Positions 61,792-64,000 of a DNA stretch of 64,000 nucleotides are shown here, piece after piece. The notes beneath the pieces are model-generated. The model saw only the letters and a list, made by a program, of their open reading frames with translations, made no database searches and was not told the origin of the DNA. Every line of letters starts with the position of its first letter. The first letter of the stretch is position 1. The stretch comes from Basidiobolus meristosporus CBS 931.73 (Eukaryota > Fungi > Basidiobolomycota). The stretch lies in NCBI GenBank assembly GCA_002104905.1, contig MCFE01000181.1:77447-141446 (forward strand), read 5' to 3'. A program made the position numbers and the translations under genes.

Positions 61792-62870
61792 TGTAGTGGG
61801 GTCACAGTGACACCCACAGGCAGATGTGCTCATTCTTATGCGTTCACTTCCCTAAAAAGGATTACCCCGCCTATATTATTATCATCCCAAATTTGCAATA
61901 TTTCCTATTTTTGTCTATGTGATTATTACTATGCAACCTGACAAACTATTTGTCACTATTAACCCATTGCACAAGCTATTCTTATTCCTTGCCAAGATGC
62001 CAAGATAAGATAGTTACCTTATATGGCAAGTACCCCAACAGTGCCCATGTCACGTGACCATCTTGGTTTCATAATCCCCCATCTCACTACCATAAGAGGC
62101 AACCACATGACACAGAGGTTTCATGTTACCACTACCTGATTGGCTAGGTACTACTATGTCTCATGGAACAATCCGCCAAGAATTTGCGCTATTTTTAGTA
62201 CACAAAGACATGATTGGTTGTCTACTACCTTCTGGAAACTTCCGGAAAGTATTTTCTAGCAAGAAATTGAGCAGCAAAAAAGTATATAAGGGAGGCTATC
62301 CCTTAAAATAAATCATCCCTCTTCCAATATTCCGACTTATTGATTAGTGAGATCACCGCTACCTATTACCACTATTTTCTGACTCAGACCTGACAACACT
62401 CCCAGGAAACCACGCTGACAGCCAACTGACCTTGGAGGCACTACTTGTGAGGAATACTCAGAGTAGGTATATTTTATTATATTTGTTTGTTTTCCCAAGT
62501 TTGTTCTTGTACAGGCAAAGATACTTTTCAGTCTTTGTAACTATTGGTCAAAGCTGCATTCTTATCAAGTCCCTGTTGGTGGAGTTTACAGTTGTTTTGA
62601 CTTTGGAAGCTTTAGTACATTGTCATCTCAAAGGACGTCGAAGCCATTATAAACTTTTGTTAAGATGCCAACTAAGTTGGGGATTGTAGTTCAATAGTTT
62701 TCCCTTGACAAGCTTGAGGCTTTATCCCCCATCACATTAGATTAGACAAAAGACCCAGTATTCCTAGCAAGCTTTTGCCAGAGGTTATTGCACCCAGTGA
62801 ACACCCCACACACATTCACACTTGAGAAGTGTTGGCTGTATTTTGCCCTTTGGACTTATACACCACCACA
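61792..62870 (+). repeat. 3' LTR, gypsy family 1
   Basis: Same length as the 5' LTR; 7 substitutions by eye. Confidence 0.96.
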
Positions 62871-64000
62871 CCGCAATGATTTTCAACTGCCTACTTGACT
62901 GAGAGCCTGAGGTGTTGTATTATTACCTTTAGTGGGCACTATAGACTTGTTCCGTTGGATAGTGCCACATTGAGCCATGAGTACCAAATGATGCCATAGT
63001 GTGCCAGAGAGGCCAATATAGCCTCCACCTGGCCACAGAGTGTGAAACATAGCTCTGCATCCTCATGCAAAGCAGCCCCTGTGTTTCACCCATTGTGTTG
63101 GAGAAAATCCATTTTTTGACCTTTTTTTTGGATCAATATTGTGCAGGATGTATTAGAGCACCAGCAGATTGAAGATATGCATCTGGTACTCAATACCCTT
63201 GGCACTCTGAATCTAGCTCCTGTAGCTTGTATCATGTCACAAAAATGAATGGCACTATCTTGGTCCACTGGTACTATCTGGCACTATATTTAAATATTAG
63301 CCCTAAAGTAAGATCTATACAAAGCACTTATAGTGCCAGATAGTACCAGTGGACCAAGATAGTGCCATTCATTTTTGTGACATGATACAAGCTACAGGAG
63401 CTAGATTCAGAGTGCCATGGGTATTGAGTACCAGATGCATATTGTCAGTTCTACTGTGCTCTTACACATCCTGAGCTACATTGATCCACAAAAAAAGGTC
63501 AAAAAATGGATTTTCTCCTGTGCAATGGGTGAAATACAGGGGCTGCTTTACATGAAGATGCAGAGCTATGTTTCACACTCTGTGGCCAAGTATAGGCTCA
63601 CTTGACCTCTCTGGCACACTATGGCATCATTTGGCACTCATGGCTCAATGTGGGACTATCCAACAGAACAAGTCTTATGTCCACAGGGCTTTTTTTGGTT
63701 GTAGCCCTGCATATTGTACTGAATATCAAAGCAAGCTGTTGTCCAACCATTCTTCTGCTGCTGTCAGCAGGGGGTTTAGTTGGGAACCAGATGATTATGC
63801 ATTATTTCTTGGCAGCATATACATCAAAGTGAGTCATACCAAAGGGAAAATGGTGTAATATGTATATGTGTAAGTGGTGCCACAACATTACTTGTAATGC
63901 TTACTATGACAGATCAACATTTCATCTTACATTCATGTAGGTGTAATGTTTCGATTGGAAAACTGTCTTGAATTCACATGAGTATTGACAAAAATACAAT
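62871..64000. mobile_element. CACTA-like copy G fragment (partner 5' part on minus and the intergenic region), interrupted by a MITE
   Basis: 62871-62942 and 63676-64000 are collinear with 15395-15780. Confidence 0.75.
62943..63675. mobile_element. Non-autonomous PHIS-family foldback element (733 bp), TSD TAT
   Basis: AGACTTGTTCCGTTGG...CCAACAGAACAAGTCT; TAT on both sides; arms 62943-63288 and 63329-63675 are inverted copies around a 40-bp loop. Confidence 0.92.

Larger units (their letters stand above)
55680..62870 (+). mobile_element. Intact Ty3/gypsy family 1 element (7191 bp, 1079-bp LTRs)
   Basis: Two LTRs, PBS, single long ORF and PPT are all present. Flanks GCGT (left) and CCGC (right) do not match. 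Confidence 0.97.

Overview
This is a eukaryotic, most likely fungal, repeat-dense window made almost entirely of nested transposable elements. I found no host protein gene, RNA gene or CRISPR array. The background is a pile of decayed CACTA/EnSpm-like DNA transposons (tnp2-type transposase plus a divergently transcribed partner gene, CCCTRTG...CAYAGGG termini). Inserted into it are: a Ty1/copia family (three partial copies); one intact 7.2-kb Ty3/gypsy element (family 1, 1617-aa gag-pol) with two related solo LTRs; three copies of a second Ty3/gypsy family (two full-length copies nested in an older copy of the same family); several orphan solo LTRs; one apparently intact PIF/Harbinger-type (PHIS) transposon with two open genes; and two foldback MITEs sharing its termini. 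The window is strongly CpG-depleted. The most interesting signals are (i) the PHIS element, whose sequence alternates between CpG-free and CpG-dense blocks, together with its foldback MITEs; (ii) a gypsy lineage whose readable flanks all have CG at the centre of a 4-bp site; (iii) an LTR pair that differs only at CpG sites; and (iv) repeated insertion of families into their own kind. All alignments and counts were done by eye and need computational confirmation.
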